Assembly: GCF_004010195.1 (NCBI RefSeq)
Contig: NC_057719.1
Span: 34,089,981 to 34,148,883, forward strand
Direction of reading: 5' to 3'
DNA length: 58,903 nucleotides
DNA from: Chiloscyllium plagiosum
Lineage: Eukaryota
Of the stretch, positions 12,900 to 25,300 are shown one piece after another; positions within the stretch are counted from its first letter, which is position 1, and each line of letters starts with the position of its first letter. The position numbers were made by a program, and so were the translations under genes. Under the pieces are notes generated by a model that was not told the DNA's origin, made no database searches, and was given only the letters and a program-made list of their open reading frames with translations.

Positions 12900-14373
12900 T
12901 GCAATCAACGTCGATGCTGTCTGGAATCAGCTGATTGGGCGAGTATGCCACCACCATCACAGACTTTCTCAGCAAGTGTGTGGAGGACTGCATACCAAGG
13001 AAATCAATCCGGGTGTTCCCCAACAGGAAACCTTGGATGAATCAGGACACACTGAACCTGCTAAAAACCAGGTGTGAGGCCTTCACATCAGGAGACGCAC
13101 TCAAATATAAGGAATCCAAGTATGACTTTCACAGAACCATTAAGACAGCCAAGGACCAATCCCGACCCAGATGGACACCCGGCAACTATGGCAAGGACTG
13201 AATGACATCACAGGTTCTAAAAAGAGACAGAGCAAGATAGCAGATGATGATGCATCCCTCCCAAATCATCACAATACCTTCTATGCTCACTTTCAGCAGG
13301 ATTTTGAAGGACAGGCAACACTTATTCTGACAAGTCCTGATGAACCTATCCCAACAGTAACTACATCAGAGGTCAGATCAATTTTCCTTCATGTGAATCC
13401 AAGGAAAGTGATGAGACTAGACGGAGTACCAGGCCGGGCACTCAGAGCACACGCAGATCAACTGGCAGAGGTCTTCTCAGACATCTTCAACCTCTCCCTG
13501 CAGCAGACCACCGTCCCTGCCTGTTTCAAAAGGGCCAACAGCATCCCTGTGCCTAAGAAGGCTCATGCAGCATGTGTCAATGACTACCGCCTAGTGGCCC
13601 TAACTTCGGTGGTCGTAAGTGCTTTGAAAGGCTGATCATGGCATTAATCAACTTCAGCCTCCCCACTACTCTTGACCCACTCCAATTTGCCTATCGGACC
13701 AGATCCACGTCAGATGCTGTATCACTTGCCCTTCACTCCTCCCTAAAACATCTTGACACCAAGAAAACTACGTGAGTTTCCTACTCATTGACTACAGTTC
13801 AGCCTTCAACACTATTATCCCCTCGAGACTGATTACTAAACTTAGTAATCTCAGACTAAGCCCCACTCTCAGCAACTGGATCCTCAGCTTCCTGAACCAC
13901 AGGCCACAATCAGTGAAGATTGGGGACAATATTTCATCCTCACTAACACTCAACACTGGAGCCCCCAGAGGTGCGTACTCAGCCCCCTACTGTACTCACT
14001 GTATACCCATGTCTGCATCGCTAAATACCATGCCATTTACAAGCTCACTGATGACACCACCATAGTCAGTCGAATCTCAGATGGTAACGAAACAGACTAC
14101 AGACGGGAAGTGGAAGAACTGGAAAAATGGTGTACTTCTTCTTCCTCAGGCAGCTGAGGAATTTTGGCATGATGGCGAATTCCCTCGTCAACCTTTATAG
14201 GTGTGCCATCAAAAGCATTCTGTCTTGATGTATCACTACCTGGTGTGGCAACTGTACCATTCAAGATCGGAGATTATCTATGCTCCTTAACTCTGTGATC
14301 TGCCTGTATTGCTCGCAAGACAAAGCTTTTCATTGTGCCTTGGTACACATGACAATAAATTCAATTCAATTCA
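12900..14373 (+). mobile_element. Rex1/Babar-type LINE, truncated RT pseudogene, nested
   Basis: [64 protein letters not shown]; (aattc)n tail. Confidence 0.9.
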
Positions 14374-15145
14374 ACAGCAGTGTGTTCTATCTCCAAGACA
14401 CACTGCAGAAATTCACCAAAGATACTCAGACAGCACCTTCCAAACCCATGACCACTTCTAGAAGAACTTGGCAGCAGATACATGGGAATACCACCACCTG
14501 CAAGTTCCCGTCCAAGTCAGTCATCATTCTGACTTGTAAATATATCACCATTCATTCACCGTCGCTTAGTCAACATTTTGAAATTCCCTTCTGAATGGCA
14601 TTGTGGGTCAGCCTACAGCATGTAGTCTGCAGCGGTTCAAGAAGACAGCTCACTACCACCTTCTCAAGTGCAACCAGCGATGGATAATAAATGCTGGCCC
14701 AGCCAGCAATGTGCACATCCCACAAATATTATTTTTTAAAATGAGCTTCAGCTAGTGTCCTGGTAAATCAATAACTTGAGTGGTAAACCAGGTTCTAAAC
14801 TAATCAAAGGGTAAGGACTGGAGTTGCTGGTGGGACAATTCAGGGTAAAGTTCATTTGAACAAAGTAAGAAAGCTGTCAAACAATTGAGTAGACCAGTAA
14901 ATTAAGTTAAAAGATTAAATAGAATGGCTTATAAGGGCATAAGGAACTTCACAATCTTATACAATTTAAATGACTAAGGCAACATTCGTGAAAAATAGAA
15001 AAACAATTAAGGCTTAAGACACAGTCAGCTCAATATTACTGCCCCCTTGGGGTAAAGTGTTAAGTGAAGGTGATGGACCTTAAATTGTGCATGATGCACC
15101 TACCCACTGACTTCAACTGCAATTTTGCCAATTTTACTGATGGTT

Positions 15146-15458
15146 TTAGATTAGATTACTTTACAGTGTAGAAACAGGCCCTTCGGCCCAACAAGTCCAC
15201 ACCGCCCCGCCGAAGTGCAACCCACCCATACCCCTACATTTACCCCTATACCTAACACTACGGGCAATTTAGCATGGCCAATTCACCTGACCTGCACATC
15301 TTTGGACTGTGGGAGGAAACCGGAGCACCCGGAGGAAACCCACGCAGATACAGGGAGAATGTGCAAACTCCACACAGACAGTCACCTGAGGCAGGAATTG
15401 AACGTAGGTCTCTGGCGCTGGGAGGCAGCAGTGCTAACCACTGTGCCACCGTGCCGCC
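15146..15458 (-). mobile_element. HE1 V-SINE, full length
   Basis: tRNA-like head ggcggcacggtggcacagtggttagcac with B-box gttcaattcc, V-domain, (aatct)n tail. Confidence 0.95.
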
Positions 15459-17312
15459 CAAATTCATTGAATATTTTTGTCTATTACAGCATGATGCTCC
15501 TCTGCAATCTCTTCTCACTAGTAATAGTGGTGTTACATCTACAGTTTTCTAATCCAAGAGTAGGTAGCATAGGCCACATGCCTGATATTGAAAAACTGAC
15601 AGCAGATTCATGTGGTCCCTGCGGACAGGTGAACAGCTGCATGAAGTACATGGCCTACCACTTGTGTGCTCTTTTCCAGCATCACTGAATTTCTGTGTCA
15701 TTTACTTTCCACTAATAATGCTATGAAGAAACATTCGGTTGCAAGACAATCAACCTCTTCATAATTTTGTAAATTTCTTTGACAAACCTAATCTAAATGA
15801 TGAGTTGTAATTGTAATTTGACCAGATTATCCTATTAGATGCACATGTAATTAGTAATGAATGGCACTAACAGATTTTAGATCCTAAGGCTCCATATTTA
15901 ATTAATGACTCTTGCACATATTAAATTGATAATTACATTCATCATTGCATCTCAGTAGCATTGCGTTCTAGACACAGGTAATTGTGACCAAAAGCTTCTT
16001 CAGAATCTTTTCAAGCAAGCAAGTGATTTTTATTTTGGTTCACGTTAAAGTTCTTTTTTCTTAGTAGTTACTTTATAGTTTCCAAATGCATCAAAGAAAA
16101 CAGTATGCTAAACATCCAACTTATATCGACACCATTGATTCAATTACTTTACAAAATACATCATTGTGTATTGGAGATAATAGTTTTGACTTAAAAAATA
16201 ATTGTGGACACCAAAACAGACAAAGTAATCTTACTGAGAGTTATTTGAATGCATACCTTTGCACATTGTGATTTACCATATTCATGTAAAGCTTTCTGTC
16301 ATGATTTGTATGAATATGCTTTTGGGCAGTAACCATTTTGCACACACACACGTACCAAGCTTGCTGTGCAAGAGCTCTGATTTTACAAAGTACAGAAAGA
16401 AATACATCCCCATGAGGTTTCCAGTCATTCTTATACACGGTTAAACATTCTTAAAACCCATTTGATCCTCCTCAGCCTTTCTTTAAAAGAAAAAGAAAAA
16501 AACATTAAAATATAAACAAATGGATTTTCTTGCCAAACAATAAAGAGCTAGAAACAAATCCTCATTCACAGCAACATAGTTGGATGTAAGATTCCAGGCA
16601 CCATGTGTATTGCTGGTATGGAACCTTAGTGAGGAATTGCGTTTAAAGTGTTGATAATCAAGAAATTTTCCAAATTTGGATGAAGCTGTCATCGTGATGA
16701 CAAATTTGGATGAAGCTGTTATCGTACGCGCGTCAGACATATTGCATAACATAAATACTGCCTTCTAGTCTAATGGGATTAAAATAACGCAAGGGTAAAG
16801 GTCTTAAGTTACTTAAATGTTTCTGTGAATGGAGGGCCATTTTCCTATAACAAGCATTATTGAGAGAATGTCTCTAAAACACTGTAGGCAGAAATTGGAT
16901 CTTGCTTTGAGGGGGTACAATGAGTGCAATGCACATTCATTCCTGATGTTGAATCTTAAAGATTATTCAACCACATGCTCGGATGAGACAATTTATTGAC
17001 ATCCCTCACAGCTGTACAAGCCCCTAAGTCTTTTGTAGTATACAAAATGCCTATTGACTGTTTTAGACCTCCTTGCAGATATGGCTCATAGGTTTGATTT
17101 GTTCAAGTTTCTTCAGCAGTTGCTCTGCCTAACGACCTCTAACAACTGATAAATTTTCTGAAAGCAAATTTTCTGGAACCAGTTAATCAGAGTGTACCAG
17201 ATACCATGGCCCTTGCAATATTGGCCTTCCCCTACTACCACTCCAATTCTCCTTCAGATTTACCTTTGACTCTCTTCTAGTACCTGCCATATGGCTTTCC
17301 ATGCAAAGAGAG

Positions 17313-18392
17313 TACTTGATCTTGATCAAATGGGTCAATGGGCTGACAAATGCCAGATTGGAGTTCAATCTGGATAAATGCGAGATATTGGATTTTGAAA
17401 CAAGGGTATGAACAGAGGGACCTAGGGGTTCAGGTACATAATTCTTTGAAGTTTGCAGGACATGTAGATAGAATGGTTAAAAAGGCATTTGGTACACTTG
17501 CCTTCATTGCTCAGTCCTTTGAGTATTGGAATTGGGAAGTCATGTTTAGGTTGTACAGGACATTGGTGAGGGTTCTTCTTGAATAATTTGATCACTCAGT
17601 TATAGAAAGTACAGGGTTCAGAAGATATTTCCCAGGATGTTGCCAGGTATGGAAGGTTTGAGTTATAAAGAAAGGCTGGATCGGCTAGGACTTTTTCACT
17701 GGAGCATGGGAGGTTGTGAGGTGACTTGATAGAGGTTTATAAAATAATGAGAGGTATAGATAGATGGCAGTTGTCTTTTCCTTAGGATGGGGGATTTCAA
17801 GACTGGAGACACATTTTTAAGGTGAGAGGAGAGAAATTTTAAAAAGACATGAGAGACAAATATTTTACACAAGGTGTGGTTTGTATGGGAAATGATCTTC
17901 CTGAAGAAGTGGTGGATAGATTACTTACAGCATGGAAACAGGCCCTTCAGCCCAACAAGTCCACACCGACCCACCAAAGCACAACCCACCCAAACCCATT
18001 CCCCACATTTACCCCTTCATACCTAACACTACAGGCAATTTAGCATGACCAATTCACCTAACCAGCACATTTTTGGACTGTGGGAGAAAACCGGAGCACC
18101 CGGAAGAAACCCACGCAGACACAGGGAGAATGTGCAAACTCCACACAGTCAGTCACCTGAGGTGGGAATTGAACCCAGGTCTCTGGCACTGTGAGGTAGC
18201 AGTGCTAACCACTGTGCCACCGGATGTGGACATAATTATAACAGCTGAATGACCTTTGGATAAGTACATGATTAGATTTGAAAGGAAATGGGGAAATAGC
18301 AAACAGGTGAGACTAATTTAGTTTGGGGTTATGTTTGGTATGGACTGGTTGGACTGAAGGTTCTGTTTCCGTGATGTATGACTCTGTGACTA
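17313..18392 (+). mobile_element. CR1 LINE 3' part interrupted by an HE1 SINE
   Basis: EQRDLGVQVHNSLK..VKKAFGTLAFI..RLYRTLVR; resumes after 18222; tatgactctgtgact tail. Confidence 0.9.
17917..18222 (-). mobile_element. HE1 V-SINE nested in CR1
   Basis: Closely similar to 15146-15458. Confidence 0.95.
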
Positions 18393-19243
18393 TATATAAA
18401 GCTTATTGAATAAAACTGGAGCAGCCTCAGGCCTCTTGATTTATCCATGCTGATAGTGCATGCACGTGCTGGAAAAGAATCAACAACCATATATCACTCC
18501 TTTGCATCACTAGAGCTATTCATTGTGGTAAATTTTGCATTTGAATAAACTAATTAAACAAAAGCAGTATCCAAAATTGATGAATGAGAACTTCAGAAAT
18601 TTGAATACCTGAATTGAATATTAAGTATTATGAACATGAAATGTGGCCTATCTCCATCGCGATAATTAAGCCAATTGGCTGAAATGTCATAGCAGTGAAA
18701 CCAATTTTCAAATACTCACCATATTTAGTGGCTTGTTTAACAAGCTGTGCTGTGAAATTGTGTTCATGTGAAAAACATTAATACATTTCAGATTTTTAAA
18801 CCGCCTCATTGCTGTTGTAGTACAGGGGAGCTGTTAGGAATAATGAAAGGATTGCGAGAAGTGAGTTTATATAGGGCCTGATTTTAACTCTGTGTAAGTG
18901 AATTGGTTTGGCTGGGTTGAAATTGTGCCAAATAAAAGTACCAAATTCCATTCTCTTAAAGCCTCCCATTCCTGAAAAATACTGACAAATTGAAATGTAC
19001 CTAAACCATTCTAGCACAGATCATCATGTGGCATTCTTCATTTTATTTTGGCATGTTTCACTTTATTCTCTTTCAGCTATTAAATTATTACATAGACTTC
19101 CTGTGACAGAACTACCTGTCTTCTTGGAAATAAATGAAATTATATTTTATTATTATTAAAAATGTGGGAACTGATTCTAAATTGTCATTGTTGCTATTAG
19201 AGTGGAGATAATTGCCTCATATGTGAGATCAGTGGGTATATTA

Positions 19244-20538
19244 TCTTATGAAGATGTTGGTGTACCTTTAAGAGAGTTAAAAGCAGCAGAGCTACCTGAC
19301 ACAGCACCAAATGTTCTCAATGTCGCACTTGGTCAAACAACTCAATTAGCTTGTTGCCTGGAGACAAAAACAAATTTGAAATCAGCCAATCAGTTTAAAT
19401 TATATCCCCAAAAAAACAATTTCCAATCAAGTTTGAATTGAGTATACAGTGGAGACTCGATTATCCGAACATGATGGGCGGGCACTATTTCGTTCGGATA
19501 ATCTATTATTCGGAAAATTGATTAAATGCCTTCCCTCTGAGGCTCGGAGTTTTAAAGTCTGCTCCCTATTCAGGAGACTGCAGCAATGCACAGTGTGAGG
19601 AAACACCCACGTCTAACCCCGCCCCCCTCCAATCCGGTCCAACACCGCCCCCACCCCCAGCACAAAGCGCGGATGCACTTTGGAGGGGTCAGTATGGACT
19701 CAATGGGCTAAATGGCCTGCTTCCGCACTGTAGGGATTCTATGTTCAAAGATATAAAAGTTAGGGTCCAGGCTATTTCCTTGATATATCTGCAGGGTGGA
19801 GGAGGTTGGTCTGGTCCATGACAAATGTCAGATCAGCTCTGATCCTATTGAATAGCAGATCAGGCTCAAGGGGTTGAATGGCCTCCTGATGTTCCTATTT
19901 CTTTTGCTGTTATAGGAACACATTGCCTGGAAATATGGTTCAATTGAGGTATCCAAAGGTGGTTTGGATATTCGTGGTTTGGAGGGATATGGGAAAAGGC
20001 AGAAAATTGGCACTAGTTAATATAACTGGATTAGATAATAGAGCCAGCACAGGAACGATGTGCTGAATGGCCTCCTTCTGCACCATATTACTTCTGTGAC
20101 ATTGAACAGTTGAGAGGAGTACTGCCAAGTCCTAGCATGTAACAGACTGCTTGACAAAAATCTCTCTCTTAAAAGTACCCTTTCCATCAACAACCTGTGA
20201 CACATAAATTCCTAACAAGGAGAAAAGACACAGGAGGATCCAAAGACAAGAACCTACAGTTGCCTGGTTTTGAGATAAGATGTGTTGTTTTGTATGTCTT
20301 AAATGGGAGTTTTATCAGACTAGTATTAGAGAAGGGAAGGTAAAAGATAGTTTAGAGAAAGAAATTGTAAATAGTGGTTAGTTAATTATTCTCTGTTATA
20401 CTTTAAGAAATAAAGTTGTTAATTTTTACTTTATATAGTTCTTGGCCACTTGAACTTTTATAGATTACTGCATAGGATAAATCTTTTCTGTGTTGCTGGT
20501 TTTAAATTAAGCAGGAGAGTTTACCTCATGTTGTAATA
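19244..20538 (+). repeat. 5' LTR, interrupted by ~650 bp of insertions at ~19447-20095
   Basis: tcttatgaagatg...ttgtaata aligns by eye to 25913-26591 on both sides of the insertion. Confidence 0.9.
19447..19660. mobile_element. Tigger/pogo-type MITE end inserted at TA in the 5' LTR, followed by SINE/CR1 tail debris to ~20095
   Basis: ta-cagtggagactcgattatccgaac resembles the TIR of the 55089-55262 element. Confidence 0.6.
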
Positions 20539-20541
20539 ATT

Positions 20542-20559
20542 TGGGGGCTCGTCCAGGAT
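20542..20559 (+). promoter_or_regulatory. Primer binding site, tRNA-Pro
   Basis: TGGGGGCTCGTCCAGGAT is 17/18 identical to the canonical tRNA-Pro PBS TGGGGGCTCGTCCGGGAT, 3 nt after the LTR end. Confidence 0.9.
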
Positions 20560-20721
20560 TTGAACTGGTTGAGACAGATTTGAATAGTTTTGGGGGTACA
20601 GAAAAATCCCAGCAGATTTAAACACTTGCAGGTTAGTGTCCTAGACCTTTAAGTAAAACACAAGTGAGACAATTTGTTTAATTTTGCTGACGTATGGTTG
20701 ATTAAATTAAAAGAGAGAGAA

Positions 20722-21950
20722 ATGGCTCCTCAGATTGCAAAAGAGGTTCTGAGATTTGAAAATCATTCTCAGATTTGTCAAGAAAATTTAGATGGAAAGA
20801 AAAAGGCCATACTTTCCAAATTAGAAAAGAAGTTAGATTTGGGTTTAACCAAGGACAAAAGTGAAGCAGAAATTGCAAAGGGGTTACTCAAACACTTCGG
20901 TGTCAGAGAAACAGACAAGTGCAGTAGAGGTAGAAAATATTAAATTACAATTGAGGAAAATGGAATTAGAAGATAAACAAAGGGAGACAGAGAAGGTTCT
21001 TGGCTGACCAAAGGAAGAGAGGAGAGAGAGAAGAGAAAGAAAGAGAGAATTTGAACTTGAGAAATTGTGACTTCATCAGTAAAGTCAAGTAAAGAGGATG
21101 GAGATTAAAAGTGAAGCTAGTGATATATATAAATATGTCAAATCTCTGCCACATGAAAAAGACGTTGAAGCTTTCTTTATTTCATTTGAAAAAAATTGGT
21201 TAGGCAGATGGAGTGGCCTGAGGATTTGTGAGTAGTGCTAGTTCAGACTAAATTGGTAGGCAGAACTAGTGAGGCATTTGCCGCATTGTCAGATGAAGTG
21301 TCAAGAGATTACGAAGAGGTTAAACGGCTATTTTAAGTGCTTATGTGTTAATACCAGAAGCATATAGACAGTGGTTCAGAAACACAAAGTAGGAACCAAG
21401 ATGGTTATGTGCTTTACAAATAAACAGGACATTTGAGGCTCTAAGAGATTATTCTGCTGGAGAAGTTTAAAACCTCACTTCCAAATATGGTAAGAATTCA
21501 CGTGGAGGAACGGATGGTTCAGGAAGTGAAAGGGCAGCATAATTAGCAGATGAGTATATGCTGGTACATAAGACAAGCTTCCGACCAGAATTTCATCCTG
21601 CGAGGGATAAAATTTGGGAGAAGGGAAGATCCTACACCACAAAACCAAGAGTCAAGTACACTGGTAAGAATTTACCACAGGTTAAAGAAGCCCAAGAGGA
21701 TGGATAGAAGGTGAAATGCCTCAGGTGTTTTCACTGTAATAGGACACAGAAAATTACAATGCTGGTGATTTCAGAAGGGCACAGGGAAAAGATGTTTTCA
21801 CTGCCAGAAGGTGGGACATGTAAAGATATGTGTCATTAAAGAAAAGCACTGTGGGGAAAGATGTGGTAAAAGAAGCTAAGCCAGTGGCATTAATGAAGGT
21901 AGTAGAGGAGACCCTAAGAAGAGCCAAGGAGCTGCAAGAGTGCACAGCCT
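20722..21950 (+). pseudogene. gag: gag with SCAN-like capsid domain and CCHC knuckle remnant
   Basis: EKDVEAFFISFEK..QMEWPEDL..LVQTKLVGR..EAFAALSDEVSRDYEEVK...PEAYRQWFRN...LADEY; CFHC near 21725; frameshifted. Confidence 0.85.
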
Positions 21951-22389
21951 GAGCACATAACCATCTTGGTTCCTACTTTGTGTTTCTGAACCACTGTCCA
22001 TATGCTTCTGGTATTAACACATAAGCACTTAAAATAGCCGTTTAACCTCTTCGTAATCTCTTGACACTTCACCTGACAATGCGGCAAATGCCTCAGGCTG
22101 GGCTCCTTGGATGCTGCCTGAACTGCTGTGCTCTTCCTAATCCAGAATCTGGTTTCCAGCATCTGCAGTCATTGTTTTTACCTCATGGAGTTAGTACCTG
22201 ATCTCTACAAAGAATTTGCCTCTGTGGGTAAAGTTTACTCAGAAAGAACAGGGGAGAAGGACAACCAGAATCTGGTTTCCAGCATCTGCAGTCATTGTTT
22301 TACCTCATGGAGTTAGTACCTGATCTCTACAAAGAATTTGCCTCTGTGGGTAAAGTTTACTCAGAAAGAACAGGGGAGAAGGACAAGAA

Positions 22390-25300
22390 ATGATATAGAA
22401 TCTAATCAGTCACTGATAGTAAGAGATGAATGAATATGCACACTTGCTGATCTGTTACCAGAGAGTGTGGTATTTTTTGTGGGATAGATGGACAGAAATT
22501 TAGCATTCCCGTATGTAAGATCAGGTTGGAGTGCCAGCTCAAGACTGGGGAAGTTACAGTGGGAGTGATAGACAGAGTGTCAGTTCCAGGAATTCAGTTT
22601 GTTCTTGGGAATGATTTGGCAGAATCCAAGGTAGGAGTGCCACCCCTTGTTGTGGAGAAGCCCAAGGAAGACCAAAAAACTGAAGAGTTAAAACAGAACT
22701 ATCCCGGTATTTTCCTAGATTGTGTGGCAACCAGATCCCAATATCATAAGACACAATACAAAGTGAAAACTAAAGAGAAAGATGAAGGAGTTGAGGTTCA
22801 GTTAGCAATACCCTGTTTGACATAGTGATGCAGGAAAAACCTGACCAGGCAGAGGGTCAGACAGAAGTGTTTAATCCTGAAAGGCTAAGAAGTGTGCAAC
22901 AGCAAGACAAGATGATAAGGGATATGTGGATGCGTACTCTGAAAAGGAGGCAGAGAATATTCCAGAGGGTTACTATCCAAAAGATAGAATCCTAAGACAG
23001 AAATGGAGATCATGGCAGGTTGGTGCAGGGAGAAATGGGCCGAAATGCACTAGATTGTGTTGCCAGTAGCATACAGACAGGAAGCATTATGGATAGCACA
23101 TGGACTACCTAGGGTTACGAAAGATTCAGGCTATGGTACAAAAACATTTTTATTGGCCTGGAATGCACAAGGATGTGGCTAACTTTTGTCATACATGTCA
23201 CACATGCCAAATGGTAGGTAAGCCATAGGCGGTAATAAAACCAGCCAATTCCCACATTTGAAGAACCTTTCCCACGGGTTATAATTGATTGTGTCGGTTC
23301 CCTCCCAAGAACTAAAAGTGGGAACCAGTACTTATTAACCATGTTGGATATGTCTACCAGATTTCTGGAGGCAATTCCATTATGGAGTCTAAAGGCAAAA
23401 AGGGTAATAGAGAAGTCAGTAACTTTCTTCACATGGTATGGGCTACCCAGAGAGATTCAGTCAGACCAGGGTCAGATTTTACTGCTAGGTTGTTTAAGGA
23501 GGTTGTGGATAGTTTAGGTGCGCAGCACTTTAAATCCAGTGCGTATCATCCTGAATCCCAGGGAGCTTTAGAAATGTGGCATCAGACCTTGAAGTCCATG
23601 TTGAGAGCATACTGCCAGGATTACCCGAATGACTGGGATAAAGGTATCCCATTGGTATTGTTTGTCATTAGAGATGCCCCAAAAGAACCTATTCAGTTCA
23701 CTCCCTTTGAGTTAATATTCGGTCTTGAAGTGAGAGGCTGTTTGAAATTAATGAAAGAAAAATTGACAGGACCAAAGTAAGAGATCTCACAATTAGATTA
23801 TGTGAAGGATCTGGGGGAGAGATTAAATTGAGTAGGTGAGTTAGCTAAACAGTACCTAAAGAGGGCAAGGTATAAAATGAGGAGAAAGTGAGGACTGCAG
23901 ATGCTGGAGATCAGAGCTGAAAATGTGTTGCTGGAAAAGCAACACAGATTCCTGAAGAAGAGCTCATGCCCAAAACGTCGATTCTCCTGCTCCTTAGATG
24001 CTGCCTGACCTGCTGCGCTTTTCCAGCAACACATTTTCAGCCAAGGTATAGAATGAAGCAGGTGGCAGATAAAAACTCTGAGACGCAGACGTTTTCCCAA
24101 GGGGTTAAGGTTTTAGTACTGTTACCAATGGTAGGGGGTCTCTTCAAAGCCAGATTTAGTGGCCCCTATCAAATTGAGGAAAAAGTAGAGTCAGGTGAAC
24201 TATCTAGTAAAGATGCCAAAAAAAATGTATTGAGTATATCACATGTACATGTTGAAACCATATTACATTAGAGAGAAAGAACAGGAGAAACAGGTGTTAG
24301 TTACTGCCCCACAGAGTGAGGAATCAAATCCAGATGATATGGATTTTGAGGTGCCTCAAAATAGATTGAAAAATGAAGAAGTCCTTGAGGAGTGGGATAG
24401 GGTAGTAAGCTATCTGTCTCAGGAGCATAGAATGCAGTTGAGAGCTTTGTTACTACAGTACAAGGACATATGTAAGAATCAGATGAGGAGGACTAACATG
24501 AAGTAGACGAAGGGAATAATGCTCCGATAAAACAACACCCCTATCAGCTTAATCCTCTCAAAGCCAGACAGATCCAGATGGAGGTGGAGGCCATGTTCGA
24601 TGAGAGCATCATTGAACCAACCCAGAGCGAGTGGAGTTCGCCGATTGTCTTAGCTCCCAAACCAGACGGGACTCAACGATTCTGTGTGGATTATCAGAAG
24701 GTCAACGCCATTACAAAATCGGACACATATCAAATTCCTAGATCGGAGGACTCTATCGAGAAAGTCAGACAAGCCAGTTACAAGATCAAGTTCGACTTAA
24801 TATGTGGTTACTGGCAGGAATGTTTATCCGAGACAGTGAAAGAAATTTCTGCGTTTGTGACCCCAAAAGAGCTATATCAGTTTGAAGTGATGCCCTTTGG
24901 AATGAAGAATGCCACATTACAAAGGCTCATGAACAGAGTTGTGGCTGGGTTAACAAACTGTGCAGTCTATTTGAATGATGTATGATCTTTTGTAAGTCCT
25001 AGAAAGATCACATGGTACAGTTGGCAGAGCTGTTTGTACAACTACGAGAAGCAAAAAAGATAAACTTAAACAAAACAGAATTCATGAAAGCAGAGGTGAT
25101 GTTCTTGGGACATAACATCGGTCATGGAAAGTTGATCCCATGGAAGACAAAGACGAAGGCTATCAAGGAATTTCCATGATCAACCTCGAAGGAAGACGTG
25201 CTTCGATTCTTCAGATTCAGTGGATTCTATCGGAAGCGTGTTCCAAACTTTAGCAGTGTCGTGGCATCATTAACCAATTTGCTGAAGAAGAACACAAAAT

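Larger units (their letters stand above)
11375..14737 (+). mobile_element. L2/CR1-group LINE (RT region and 3' tail) hosting two nested LINEs
   Basis: ORF 11549-12166 (KKQDKSNQANY..ISLL..SKVME; GVPQG..GPIIF; MFTND; LDNIQAWADKW); resumes at ~12588 and ~14374; tail aataaatgctggcccagccagcaatg. Confidence 0.85.

Noticed and set aside
15380..15458. tRNA gene
   Set aside because: The A/B-box head belongs to an HE1 SINE and continues into the V-domain and LINE-derived tail; the same applies to the other SINE heads
20542..20559. Endogenous retrovirus, suggested by the MLV-like tRNA-Pro PBS
   Set aside because: The RT and IN motifs are Gypsy-type, IN precedes RT, and there is no room for env between RNase H and the PPT
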